Counted from the stretch's first letter, positions 1 to 13,610 are shown. The stretch is DNA of 62,000 bases from Chiloscyllium plagiosum (GCF_004010195.1 NC_057718.1:22798952-22860951), one strand, 5' to 3'. Notes: generated by a model not told the origin, from the sequence alone. Made by a program: numbers and translations.

Positions 1-284
1 CCTCAGAATTAGAGGGGGTAAATTCAGAACAGAAATGCGGAGACATTTCTTCAGCCAGAGAGTGGTGGGCCTGTGGAATTCATTGCCGCAGAGTGCAGTG
101 GAGGCTGGGACGCTAAATGTCTTCAAGGCAGAAATTGATAAATTCTTGATGTCACAAGGAATTAAGGGCTACGGGGAGAATGCGGGTAATTGGAGTTGAA
201 ATGCCCATCAGTCATGATTGAATGGCGGAGTGGACTCGATGGGCTGGATGGCCTTACTTCCGCTCCTATGTCTTATGGTCTTAT
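1..284 (+). mobile_element. CR1/HER1-type LINE, 3' end
   Basis: End of ORF2 (…RHFFSQRVVGLWNSLP…) and a 3' tail ending in cctatgtcttatggtcttat; same family as 16143-16337. Confidence 0.85.
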
Positions 285-625
285 TTAAGAGAGCTATCTT
301 TTGGTCAGTCTCTCCATGCTGTCGGCTTGGCAGTTCTCTTCTCAATGTTCCCTGGTCTTATACTCCCAAAGCATTGAATTGTGTATTTGGCTTTTAAGAT
401 TGTCAATATACTAAATTCAAACTGGATTGGAGGTTGTTGTTTTTTGGGGGTATAATTTAAACTGATTGGTCTAATTTGAATTTGTCATTATCTCCAGGCA
501 ACCAGCTACACTAACTGCTGGACCAAAAGGTTACATTATATCTTGTTCAGAACATTTGGTGCTGTCAGGTAGCTATGTTGCCTTTAACTCTCTTAAAGGT
601 ACAGTACACGCAAACCTTTGTAACA
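285..625 (-). mobile_element. Partial LTR (Gypsy/Gmr1 family) truncated by the CR1
   Basis: Reverse complement begins TGTTAC…gtacctttaagagag and aligns to the LTR at 38297. Confidence 0.75.
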
Positions 626-1261
626 CTCTAATGGCCAACATATGGCAACTAAATAACTTGATTGGAGGTACAGTGGTGAATCTAGATCTGCCATAGCATT
701 GAATTGTTTCTGTTTGTACACCCCAGTCCAACACCGGCATCTCCGAATCAAAATTAATGAAGACTGCATGGCTTCATTTCTTAACACAATTCCTGGAACC
801 AGGAACAACAGATTATTTCAATGGAAGGTTTTTCAGCTCCTGCAACGAGTTTGATAATTATCTTTGAACTGCTTAAGGGTATTTACTTCTCTGTCAATGT
901 TTGAAATAGTGCAATGGGTACAACCTTGTGTCTTTTGGTTTTTTTTTTGGAAGACCGAGAGGTAAAACAGAAATCCTGGGGTCATCTGACAGCACTAGAC
1001 ACACACAGCAGTTACCCATCTGTGCAGCCACACCAGAATAATATTCAGGCAGAGACTTCTGTAGACAATTCCAACGTTACAAAGGAAGTCATCACTTGTT
1101 CTTTACAGATCAACAGAATCTGGGGATTGCATGTATCTTTTATGCTGTTGAGTCTCTAGTGATTGTAACAAGATCAGTAGTGATGAGCCAAAAAGTATTC
1201 TTCTGAAGAAATTCGCTCACAACAGTCTTCTTTGAGCATTTCTAGCATCATGCCATTCTTT

Positions 1262-2332
1262 GGGAAGACAAAGTGTGGGGAAAAATGAGTGCTATTCTGG
1301 CTGGCAATCAGTGACTAGTGGTGTGCCTCAGGGATCGTTATTGGGACAGCAATTATTCACAATTTATGTAGATGATTTGGAGTTGGAGACCACGCGTACA
1401 GTGTCAAAATTTGCCGATGTCAATAAGATGAGTGGCAGAGCAAAGTGTGCAGAGGACTGTGAAACTTTGCAGAGGAACATAGATACATTGAGTGAGTGAG
1501 CAGAAGCCTGGCAGATGGGATACAATGTCAGTAAATGTGAAATCATACATTTTGGTAGCAGTAACAGCAAAATAGATTATTACTTGAGTGGTTAAAATGT
1601 TGCAGCATGCTGATTTGCAGAGGGACCTGGCTGTCATTATGCATGAATCACAGAAGGTTGGTCTGCAGGTACAACAAGTAATTAGGAAGGCAAATGGAAT
1701 TTTGTCCTTCATTACTAAAGGGGTTGAGTTCAAAAGCAGAGAGGTAATGTTGCGGCTGCACAAGGTGTTGGTGAGACCATACCTGGAGTACTGTGTGCGG
1801 TTTGGTCTCCTTACTTAGAAAGGATGTACTGACACTGGAGGGGATGCAGAGGAGGTTCACTAGGTTGAATCTGGAGTTGAGGGGGTTGGCTTATGAGGAG
1901 AGGCTGAATGATTTGGGATTATATTCATTGGAATTCAGAAGAATAAGGAGGGATCTTATAGAAACACATGAAATTTTGAAGAGAATCAATAAAATAGAAA
2001 TAGAGAGGATGTTTCCACTGGTAGGTGAGACTAGGACAAGAGGGCATGGCCTCAAGATTAGAGGAAGCAGGTTTAGGACTGAACTGAGTTCTTCACCCAG
2101 AGGGTTGTTAATCTATAGAATTGCTTGTCCAGGGAAGTAGTTGATGCTACTTCAGTAATCGCTTTTAAAGCTAACGTAGATACGTTTTTGAAAAATAATG
2201 GAATTAAGGGATATGGTGAAAACGCAGGTCATGGAGCTGAGGCCATGAAAAGATTAGCCTTGATCTTATTGAGTGGCGTAGCAGACTTGAAGGACCGGAT
2301 GGCCTACTCCTGCTCTTAGTTCTTATATTCTC
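1262..2332 (+). mobile_element. 5'-truncated CR1 LINE (RT C-terminus plus 3' UTR), frameshifted
   Basis: SGVPQGSLLG, SKFAD, LVRPYLEYCV and LGLYSLE motifs in ORFs 1260, 1588 and 1793. Confidence 0.9.
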
Positions 2333-2334
2333 AT

Positions 2335-3479
2335 GTAAGCCCACCTACATGAGCTTGGAACAGTTAAATTGCTTCACAACATCTAAATCAGAACCAGTCA
2401 ACATAAATATCTGGTTCAATGGTCACCTGGTTCTAATGGAGGTTGATACCAGTAAGGCTGTATCAGTGATTGCAGAACCAGTCTTTAACAAAATTCAATC
2501 TGGACTCCCAACCTTAAGTTTGCATAAAGCCTCGGCTGGACTGAGAAACTGTACCAGGGAACCTTTATAGATTAAGGGTACACCTTTGGTTTTGGTCTCT
2601 TATGAGAAGCAGCTGGATCAGGTATCACTAATTGTTGGTCACAAATAACGAGCCATTATTTGCCATCAGGGAATTTGAGTATTTCCTAAAGTTGAATTGC
2701 GTTCAGCAGATAAAGACAGCTCCGTATATCATCCAATGCCCAATCATCTGGTGGGCAGAGCAGACCAAATGTTGAAGGCACGCTCAGTAAAATACACTAC
2801 AGCTTCACTTGATACCAAACTGTCCCTGTTCCTATTTGACGATTGGAGCACCCCCCCACCCACCCCTTGCAACTACAGGGATAGCTCCAGCAGAGTTGCT
2901 AATGGGGAAAAGACTCAGAACTAGGTTAAATCTGATCTTCACAGACCTGGGGGATGGTGAAACATGAGACCCCTCTAAGCGGGAGAGACAGTTTACTTCA
3001 TGGAAATGAAATTTGGTGCCGAAACCACGGAAGTAGCCCTGCGTGGATAAGAGACGAGGTTGACGTGAGGTCAGATCCTATGAGTACTAAGCTCAGGTAG
3101 GTGAGGCAGTCCTGAACAAGCACGTGGATTGCACAAAAGCTGCAAACTTGCAAGCAGGCAGGAACAAACATACCTGGCCTCTCAGAACAGCCAGAAAGGC
3201 TGTCAGAACAGCTGGGTTCTCCCCTTCTGTCTAGTGCAAAAGAAACCTCAGAATCTGAGGTGGACACAGGGGGTGTCATCGCCTCGACGCCTTTACCACC
3301 TGAAGAAGAAGATGAATTACTTCTGAGGCGGTCTGAGCACAAGAGGTGGGTTACAGTCCGGGTACACGCCACCCGTATCTGAGGCTGAGCTGCAGGACCC
3401 GGACCAGGTGTGAAAATGGCTCAGGAGAGGCTACAAGAGAAAGGACAGGCCTATGCCCCTGGACTTCGAGGGGGAGGAA
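2335..3479 (+). mobile_element. Internally deleted Gypsy-type LTR retrotransposon remnant (protease and integrase fragments, polypurine tract)
   Basis: NGHLVLMEVDTSKAVSVI aspartic-protease-like motif; YHPxxN integrase-like motif; PPT gagggggagga at 3468-3478. Confidence 0.75.
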
Positions 3480-3935
3480 TGTTGTGATTACAATGAAGTC
3501 AGCTAGGTGGCCCTAATGGAATATGAGCTCCCCAATTGGCTCTATTAACCTGGTCAAATCAGGGAGCCCTGGTTGACAGATATAAACAGGAGGGTCCCTT
3601 TGATGTGAAGAGCACTGCTTGTCACAGGCCACTCGGGTGTTTCCTTTCTTCCTGGTGGTGGAAATTTGAATAAAGATTCGTGCACCTTATGTTTTTCACT
3701 GTGTCTCACACCTGCACACACACACACAACATGGGAGCTGGGGAAAAAATAAGCACTACCGCAGTTGGGCGGTAGTGTGGGGGTAAAAACAAAAAAAAAC
3801 AAAAAAAAAGGAGCATCCGGGTTCTGTTCGCTCTGGGAGCTGGCTCTGAGGAAGCTGGATCAGTGTCAAGTACTCGGCACGTGTAAATAAAGGGTGACTT
3901 GTTGACGTGATACCAGGCTCTGTTGAATTATTTGA
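3480..3935 (+). mobile_element. 3' LTR of the above element, interrupted by a poly(A)-tailed insertion at 3593-3808
   Basis: Starts TG directly after the PPT; TATAAA at 3581 and an AATAAA near 3886. Confidence 0.65.
3593..3808 (+). mobile_element. Short poly(A)-tailed retroposed insertion (LINE 3' end or SINE) with a terminal stem-loop
   Basis: A-rich tail 3785-3809, flanking aggag duplication, 9-bp hairpin at 3754-3777. Confidence 0.6.
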
Positions 3936-4200
3936 GAGTCCTTTTATGGATATAAGTAAAATGAATTAATCAGTTAGATGCATTAAGCAAGCTGGCATGC
4001 TAAAGCATGTTATTTTATTTCCTTCACCATGGATAATCGTCACCAGTGTCCCAAGGAGTCTTGATTTCACCTGGATAGCTCTATGTGTTCCTTTGCTCAA
4101 TGACTTCTGGTCACAGGACTGAGTTTTTCTACTCTCACTGTCCTTGCAACTAACAGTGACAGCTGAAGTGAAAATTCCCTCCAGAAGGAGCTGCAACTGA

Positions 4201-5144
<944 letters not shown>

Positions 5145-5679
5145 TTGTCAATCAAAATTGGCAAAACTGTTAAACATTCATCTCCATTGATTCTTAAATC
5201 AAGTGGACAATTTATAAGGCCAGACAAGGATCTGAAAATCTATCTGCTGAGGTTATGTTTTATTTTAGGTTATGCTATTCCCATTATAATTAAAAGATTA
5301 GTCAAGCTCATTTAAAGCAAAATATAAACAGTCCCCCTTTTGGTGTATGCTGTGCTGATAAAAAAACTCTGCATGGGAATTACATTCACCAAACCCACTT
5401 TCATGGACAAATAATGTAAGATCAATTTAATTTCAGATATGCAAATATCTCAAATTCCCATCATAATTTCCCACAGCTTGGAAAGGAATATGTGACCATT
5501 CGGAGGTAAATCTGGATACTTGCGATGTTTAAGCCAAAAGATGGACAGACAAATCACATAGACCCATCTCCTGGATCTCAAGCCCACCCCACCAACTGAT
5601 TATGGTCGTTAGACAATAGTGATCTAGAGACTTCACATGCCAATCTTCTTTTATTTTACTTTTTTTAAATCTCTTTCAG

Positions 5680-5780
5680 ACCAAGTGCTTCATCTGTGGG
5701 ATTGGCAATGATTACTTCGACACGGTCCCTCACGGCTTTGAGACTCACACGCTACAGGAACATAACTTGGCAAATTACCT
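5680..5780 (+). CDS. RYR2: RYR2 third-last exon: [33 protein letters not shown](L), C-terminal C2H2 zinc-binding domain
   Basis: Long polypyrimidine tract plus CAG, GTAAGT donor, 101 bp; GND..DTVPH..LQEH residues match RYR2 (RYR1 and RYR3 have DTTPH). Confidence 0.97.
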
Positions 5781-6685
5781 GTAAGTACTTGCATTTCCTG
5801 CTACTCAATCACACGAAAGCAGCATGCGTGGATTTTTTAATCAGCTATATGGCCACCAGAAGAGAAAAGAAAACAAACAGCCCTCGTCAGTGCTGTTTTT
5901 TTAAATATATGAAATAGGAATGAAATCCGCCAAGGAAAATAACTCTGTCTAATGTTGAGCTTCACACCACATCCTTTTATGGATAGAAGCCATTTGCATT
6001 GCTGAGCTTCAGGAACTGCTGCTGAACCTGCAGATGGAGGCAGTAAACTTTGAAAAGACGTTTGTGCAGCTGTAAACTTTCAAATGAAAGTTTGAACTAA
6101 GATATGATTAGAAAAATTATATAAACACATAAATATGTGATAAATATTAGACAAGTGATTTAGTTCAGCTCAGTTGAATTGCCATTTTTGGCGTGCAAGT
6201 ATGAGGCTTCTTGGTACATGAAGCTTCTGGGTGATTTATAATACAAAGATAGATTGTGTGCAGTGTTGGAGTGGTCATTTTTATAGTGTTAATACTACCC
6301 TATGATTTGACATCCACACTTGAGACATTGAGTGGACGTAAGTGATTAGGCTTAGGGTCACATCAGATGTTATAATTTAAAATTTCTGAATCCTGACAGT
6401 AACTCACCTCCCACCCAACCACCTCTGGCTTTAACAGCAGCAGAACAAGAGACTGGGAAGCATACATAATCCCAGGAGACGGGTTTACAATTTAAAGATA
6501 TTACTGAAGTTGGCTGCCTCTGAATTAACCTGCTTTGTGGGTTTTACAATGTGCAGCGTGGTTTCTCAGGTCTTGGGAAGCTCCGCAGTTGCAAAGACAT
6601 GGTTCAGGGAGAAGGGGAGCGTTTTTAAAGCACTGCATATGGGGCCAAGAGGAATTGAGTGCTTCATCCCATCTTGTTTCTCATT

Positions 6686-6800
6686 CTGATGAAGGGTCAC
6701 CATGGAACTGAAATATTAACTCTGTTTCTCTCCATAGTCGCTGCCTGACTTCTTGAGTATTTCCAATATCTTCTGTTTTTATTTCAGATCTCCAGTATCT
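6686..6800 (+). mobile_element. Penelope-type terminal-repeat fragment with a degenerate hammerhead core
   Basis: ctgatgaagggtcacc…tgaaa followed by the gctgcctgac…ttccaa…tttcagatctccag tail typical of the other copies in this window. Confidence 0.55.
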
Positions 6801-6803
6801 TGT

Positions 6804-7016
6804 TAAAAATCACACAATATCAGGTTATAGTCCAACAAGTTTAATTGGAAGCACTAGCTTTTTGAGCGCTGCTCCTTCATCAGGTTGTTGATGAACCACT
6901 GATGAAGGAGCAGCGCTCCGAAAGTTAGTGCTTCCAATTAAACCTGTTGGACTATAACCTGATATTGTGTGATTTTTAACTTTGTACACCCCAATCCAAC
7001 ACCGGCATCTCCAAAT
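6804..7016. mobile_element. Palindromic Penelope-derived element with a hammerhead-ribozyme core (family B)
   Basis: ~80-bp inverted arms; + strand core ctgatga-aggagcagcgctcc-gaaa-gtta at 6899-6927; unpaired ~35-nt tail. Confidence 0.8.
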
Positions 7017-9639
7017 GATGTCTAGTATTTTCAGTATTGTGCGTTTGTATTTCTGAAAGACCACTGTCTGAGCATTGCTAGAATCTCTTGTTATTTCATC
7101 CTGGCAGCACAATATTCAGATAAATAGCAAGAAACCATAATAAAGGAATTGCCAACGCTGAATCCATATTATTGAATTGATCGATTAATTTTGCAAGTTC
7201 CCTGGTTTCTGTGTCTCATAAATAAATAGAATAATAAAGTCATTTCACTAATTTTCATGAGAGAAGTTTTCCCCAAGAAAAGAATAAAACAAATTAAACC
7301 AACAGAATTTAAAATCAGTCAGATTCTCTCTGACTAGAAAATTCCTCAATGCCCATTCTTCTGTCTATAAGGCATCTTTTATTACAAATTTACAACAGCA
7401 TTTGACAGTAATGTTGCAGTATTCTGGATATAGTAATATACAGAGGGGAAGAGAGAGCTGTTCTGATTATAGTTCTTGAAAAGGTTTAGAAATTTAAATG
7501 CACAAAGTACAACTGGATAGAAAGAGAGATGGCATTGAGAGAAAATGTGGGAAAACCATGAGGTAAAAACAAGTAGAAGGCAAACAGAAAGGTGGAGAGC
7601 AGAATAAAGAAAAGGGCAGGGAAAAGGAGCCAAACAGGGAGAATATTCCAGGAAAAGAGAGATACCTTTTTTTCTTCTTTTGGCCTTAGCTATAAAGTGA
7701 ACTAATTATTCAAAAAAGAATGGAAAGACAAAAGATTCCTGGCAAAGTGCTGTAAGAGCTTGATCAATTTAAAGCCAGTTATATAGTTCCTTTAGCAAGC
7801 CAGGCTTTTTCTCAGATTACTCAAATGGGTTTGACACTAGTTGGGAAGCTCATTGGTATTTAAATAGAAAACAGGATGTATACAAATTAGATAATGCAGG
7901 ATCTTCCAGCTTAATATGAAGATTTTTTTTGAACTAGCCTTAATCTTGCTAGTATTTCTTCCATTACACTGTTCTGTCCAACCATTTCATCTGAACCCAT
8001 CCTGAGTTCCTTTACCCTTTCTCCCCTTTGTTACTCCCACCACTTCCAGACCTTTCTTTCCTTTGCTCCCAATGACTTCCTCCCATGTTGTATTGCTTGA
8101 GAATTCTCACACCAAGTGCCTCCAACTTTCCCAGGGTTTCTACTGCCCCAACATCCCTTTCTAAGACATGCCAGATCCCAACTTCACTGTCCAGCACCAC
8201 TGTCATCATGTGGAACCCCATCCATTGCTCCACATCCTAATGTATCCACATCACTCTGGGCAGACAATGGTACTCTCTTGCCATTTCAGCCCAAAACTAG
8301 TACCAACCTCCAAAAATGTTCCTGGGAAGCACCATTCTTGAGGGAGATGGTGGCATGGTGTAATGTCACTGGACTAGTAATCTATAACCCTAAGCTGGGA
8401 CATGGGTTCAACTCCCACCATGACAGAAAATTTACAATATAAAGCTAACCTAATGATGACTATGGAACCCACAGAAAGCTGTTAAAACATTGTGAAGAAG
8501 GAATTAGATGTGGTTCTTAAGGTCAATGGGTTTGGGGAGAAAATGGTAACAGGGTACACCATGTTTCTATCGAATGGCAGAACAGGGCCAAATGGCCCCT
8601 GTGTTTTTGTGAACCAACATCTGCTTCACCAATGCACTTCACTGTCCTCTAGACATTTGGGATGGCCTAGCCAGTTATGCCATATACCATGAAAATTATT
8701 TTATATAAGGGGATTTGAGAACCACAGATTTATAACAACATTATCAAAACCATATAAAACATACAAGGTACTAGTAGTGACCTATGTTTTCAGTTCTGAA
8801 TGAAGCCTGGATAATGGAATACTAAATTACTACTTGTCATTCGTGCTATTGTAACACAGTGGAATAGTCTTGGGCAGCAACAATAACTAGTGAAGCAACA
8901 TTTTTAATTAGTACTGTAAAGATTCCATGGAGACAATGAACACAGTATGAACTGCACTTTACCACATTATTTGAGATCATTTAAATCTGCTAATGAAGTA
9001 GAAGCTTGGGATTTACATCCATTAACAGCTTATCAAGCAAACTGTAACTAGATTGGTTTACTCACTTCCCTTGTATTACGGTCTTTGCTGTGTCTGGTGA
9101 AAACAGGCAAGCACTTTCTTAAATTATTTTAACAACCATCACTTAATAAGACCATGAGATGTAGGAGTAGAAGTAGGCCATTCAGCCCATCAAGTCTGCT
9201 TCGTCCTTCACTAAGATGACCTGATAATTCTAAACTCCACTTTCCTGCCTTTTCTCCATAACCCTTGATTCCCTTACTGATCAAAAATATGTCTTCCTCA
9301 GCCTTTACAGCTATCTACAGCAAAGAATTTATACCCTTCAGTATATTTTGAGGGGAATAAATTGTACATTCACTTATACATTTTTTATGCAATGTGTTAA
9401 TTTGGGAGAAGGGAATTTTTAGCTGCACTATCTTGACAATTCATGGAATTGGTAGCACGGCAGGTAATACATTACGAGTCAGTCTGAATCTTTGTTGCAC
9501 ACTGTGTTACTGCAGAGTCTCAGTTTATTGAACGTGATATGGTGGAATTCAAGCATTTTGGGTTGCTGGTGTCATTAAGCATGCAGCAGGAAGTGTCTCA
9601 TTTAATTCAGTGTACTGTCTGATTCGACTCCCCATTAAT

Positions 9640-9745
9640 GGGGTAAATGTAGGGGAGTGGGTATGGGTGGGTTGCTCTTCGAAGGGTCGGTGTGGACTTG
9701 TTGGGCCGAAGGGCCTGTTTCCACACTGTAAGTACTCCAAGTCTA
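9640..9745 (+). mobile_element. HE1-type SINE 3' fragment
   Basis: gggtcggtgtggacttgttgggccgaagggcctgtttccacactgt tail matches the full copies. Confidence 0.8.
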
Positions 9746-10057
9746 AAATCCAAATCTATTGCTCATTTTCTTCCTTCAAATTTGTTGAAAACTGCCACAT
9801 TCTTGATTCAAACAGACCCCCACAACACAAGGGTGAGTAACGGAGAAAACCATTATGCAAACGTACAAGATAGAAATTCTAGGAGGAATTCAATAACAGC
9901 ATACTGTGTGTTATCACGATCAGTGCATCGGTTTTCAAAGCCCATCTCATAAGGAGAGGCTCCATTTAATAACATAGAATTTGTACAGGAATCAGTTTCA
10001 TATCAATGCATACAATGTTTGTTTAGATGTTACAAACATATGTCTTTATTCCTACAG

Positions 10058-10109
10058 GTTTTTCTTGATGTATCTAATTAACAAAGATGAAACAGAGCAC
10101 ACTGGGCAG
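10058..10109 (+). CDS. RYR2: RYR2 penultimate exon: (L)FFLMYLINKDETEHTGQ
   Basis: cctacag acceptor, GTAAGG donor, 52 bp; phase 2 start completes the Leu codon from the previous exon. Confidence 0.97.
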
Positions 10110-10203
10110 GTAAGGCCGCCTCACTTTCTAATAGAGTGAAAATGGTTGGACTAATGCTATAACACTTCAAGATGTTAGCATGTTTGCTAGCATTAATTAG
10201 GAG

Positions 10204-10382
10204 ACAAAATAAAACTGCAGATGCTGGAATCCAAAGTAGACAGGCAGGAGGCTGGAAGAACACAGCAAGCCAGGCAGCTTCAGGAGGTAGAGACATTGAC
10301 GTTTGGGGTGTAACCGAAACGTCAACTTCTCCACTTCCTAATGCTGCCTGGCTTGCTGGGTTCTTCCAGCCTCCTGCCTGTC
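10204..10382. mobile_element. Palindromic Penelope-derived element (family C), hammerhead core partly deleted
   Basis: 15-bp TSD agcattaattaggag (10189-10203, 10383-10397); inverted arms; retains cgaaacgtc but lacks CTGANGA. Confidence 0.8.
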
Positions 10383-10909
10383 AGCATTAATTAGGAGTAA
10401 AGGTTGTCTACTCAGGGCACACACAGATGGCCATCATTTCTTTTTCACATACTACCTAACTTTCCTGTTACAATTCATCCTTCCATTTACAACTACCAAG
10501 TTTTGCCAAGTCCTTCAGCAAGTGGCCAGCTATGAAACTTCATGATTCTTTGTCATCATTAGAGTGGGCCGAAGAGATGTTTTACAAAGATCCACGCCAG
10601 CATTTTACCAATTGCACAAGCAATTGCATTTCAGCCATATCAGATTGCCCCCCCAATATGATTTTAAGATCATAATATATCGGAGCAGAATTAGGCCTTT
10701 CAGCCCATCGAGTCTTCTCCACCTTTCAATCATGGCTGAAATGTCCTTCAGCCCATTCCCCTACCTTCTCCCTGTAAACCTTGATCCCCTTAATAATCCA
10801 GAGGCTTTAGTAATGAGACTGGATGGGGAGATGCTGCCTGTTCCAAGGAGCTGGAAAAGTGCCATAATGAAAGGTCCAATTAGAAGTCATTTTTGGCAGT
10901 GCTATTGGT

Positions 10910-10996
10910 CCTGAAGAAGGGCTTATGCCCGAAGCGTCAATTCTCCTGTTCCTTGGATGCTGCCTGACCTGCTGCGCTTTTCCAGCAACACATTTT
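10910..10996 (+). mobile_element. Single-arm Penelope-derived insertion (family A) starting at the hammerhead core
   Basis: 13-bp TSD cagtgctattggt (10897-10909, 10997-11009); cctgaaga-agggcttatgccc-gaagcgtc. Confidence 0.8.
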
Positions 10997-11649
10997 CAGT
11001 GCTATTGGTAGGACCAGCCACCCTCACCAGTGGCATTGTGAGGCTTGTAGCTAAATAAAGGGGCAGCCTTTTTCCTGCTGCCTGAAAGAATAGCCAGACT
11101 TGATGGTGCAACTGTGGGTCTCCCACTGTGGGATCTCCCTTCCAGTCCTCAGCTCTGTAATCTTCAAAAATATGTTCCCACTTCTCTTGTCCAGCTCTTG
11201 ATAGGACAGGTCAGGCTTCAGTGCTGTGGGTTCTCTGATTGGGCCAGTAACCTCAGGTGCTTGACAGGGTCTGCAGGGAATCTTTTGGGAAGCTGACTGT
11301 GGTAGAATTGCCAAGCTCTTCCTGCTGCTGTCAGTAAGGGTTTGCGTCCTGCTTTTGCATCACCACATCAGGGTCCCAACATCTGCAGTCCCATTTAGGC
11401 CACACTGTTCATTGCTTGGCTGGGTCGGGAAGAAACATATAAAACAATTTGCATATGAATTACTCATCCTTTTGTGCATTAAAAGACTGATACACAGAGA
11501 AAGCGGCTTTTAAAGCACTTACCCTCGTTCTTTGAGCAGTTCTCCATCTGTCTACTCCATGGTTCTGTTGTTCTCTGTGTGAATTGGAATTTCTTACTCA
11601 TTCTCTTTGTAAGCACTTCCCTTTTGACAAAAAAAAAATCATCTGTTGT

Positions 11650-11935
11650 TGGTTAGGCCAACATTTATTACTCAGCAGGCAGATAGGAATCAAGTGAATC
11701 TGGAGTCACAAATAGGTGAGGTCAGGACAGCAGTTCCCTTCCCTAAAGGACATTAGTGAACCCAATGGATTTTTAATGTTAATTAATCACCGTTAGGCTA
11801 GCTCTTTATTCCACATTTTTATTGAATTCAAATTTCACCATCTGCCATGGTGGGATTCAAATTCATGACCCCAGGACCCTGACCTGGTGTTCTGGATTAC
11901 TAGATCTAGTGTAATTATCATTGTACCTCCACCTT
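11650..11935 (-). mobile_element. Old tRNA-derived SINE (SacSINE/DeuSINE-like)
   Basis: Reverse complement of the cactggactagtaatccaga…ttcaaatcccaccatggcaga head; related copies near 8345, 20200-20510, 42440-42830 and 51940-52350. Confidence 0.55.
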
Positions 11936-11982
11936 TCCTAGTTAGTTGAGGCTTATCATATTGCTCACTGTTTGTTGAGTGT

Positions 11983-12445
11983 CATAGAGTCAGAGAGATG
12001 TACAGTCTAACTCATCCATGCCAACCAGAATTAATCGAGTCCCATTTGCCAGCATTTGATCTGTATCCCTCTAAGCCTTTCCTATTCATATACCCATCCA
12101 GGTGCCTTTTAAATGTTGCAATTGTACCAGCCTCCACCACTTCTTCTGGCAGCTCATTCCAAACACTCACCACCATCTGCATGAAAAAGTTGCCCCTTAG
12201 GTTCCATTTAAATCTTTTCCCTCTCACCTTAAACCTATGCCCTCTAGTTTTGGATTACCCCACCCCTGGAAAAAGACCTTGGCTATTCATCCTATCCACG
12301 CCCCTCATGATTTTATAAACTTTTATAAGGTCACCCCTCAGCCTCCAACACTCCAGGGAAAATAGCCCCACCTTGTTCAGCCTCTCCCTATAGTTCAAAC
12401 CCTCCAACCCTGGCAATTTGCTTGTAAAGTTTTTCTGAACCCTTG
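11983..12445 (-). mobile_element. CR1/HER1 LINE 3' fragment in the last RYR2 intron
   Basis: LFSLECWRLRGDLIKVYKIMRG and GNFFMQMVVSVWNELP in minus-strand ORFs. Confidence 0.88.
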
Positions 12446-12495
12446 CAAAGTATCTGCCATGCGCTGGCCCATATAACACCATATTGTTTATCTGA

Positions 12496-12594
<99 letters not shown>

Positions 12595-13610
12595 ACAAGG
12601 ACTTAGCTGATTCACAGATGTCGAAATACCTACAGCTTTCTTCTTTGAATGCTTTCAAACTCTTTTTCTGTATATAACCTGATCAGTGTGCACTTGGACC
12701 ACCGAAGCTATAGCCCACTGAGTCCGCTCTGTCAGCGCATCTGCTTTCAAATTGATGTAGAGAAAACAAAAATTGATTTCAAACTGTGTGCAGAGACGTT
12801 TTAAGACATTACCTTCATCTTGTGAGCACATACATGAAAGATGATAAATTGCTCTCATCTTATACATTTATGTATTTCTTCATCTGGAATGGTATATACA
12901 TTTTGATGTGCAGAGCAATCTGTTTATGGACACTGGGCTGTGATGAGGAAATAGTGCCTTACTATATGTGGGTTGAGCTATGCAAGGAGTTGTGTGCATG
13001 ACCGTGTCACACTGTAAATCAAACTTTTGATGTACATGCTTCTGTCTGACTGCCGTGCGTCTCAGGAGAAGTGTAGGACATTCACATGAACCTAAGATGT
13101 TAGTTTCTGGTTATTTAGCTCTTCCTTATTTTGGTAATGCTCTTATGCAATACAGTAACGATCTGAATCTTTGCTTAAAAAGATTCTTTCAGAAGAAAAT
13201 AAAGATATTTCATTGCATGTTTATTATGCAAGCAAAACAGAACAATTAAAAAAGCAAGCTGATCAATGTAACAACTATTTTTTAGGTTTAAGGTTATTGA
13301 TAAATCTGTAGTTACCAAGTGTTGTGTACTTGATTGTAGATTCAGAACCAGTTTCATCAGCCAAGAATGCAGTGTTTAAACTTGGTTGTTGCCTCCCATT
13401 TTTTCTGCCACTTGTATTAAATATAGTGATTGAGGAATAACTGCCCACTCATTTCTGATTGAAGCTGAAGCAATATTCATTCAGGGATTTCATCGACCAC
13501 CATTGTAAAGTAACTGTGTAGAATACTTCATTTGAGTTGTTTTAAATTGTAATGCAAATCTTTCGAAATAAAACATTCAGAATAAAAGCACGTATCTTTC
13601 TTTTTTTAAG
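12595..13610 (+). other. RYR2: Probable RYR2 3' UTR
   Basis: Repeat-free AT-rich kilobase between the stop codon and the poly(A) signals; the end point is inferred. Confidence 0.7.
13567..13586 (+). terminator. Tandem polyadenylation signals (AATAAA at 13567-13572 and 13581-13586) with a downstream T-rich element
   Basis: Two canonical hexamers followed by tctttctttttttaa; transposon content resumes shortly after. Confidence 0.7.
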
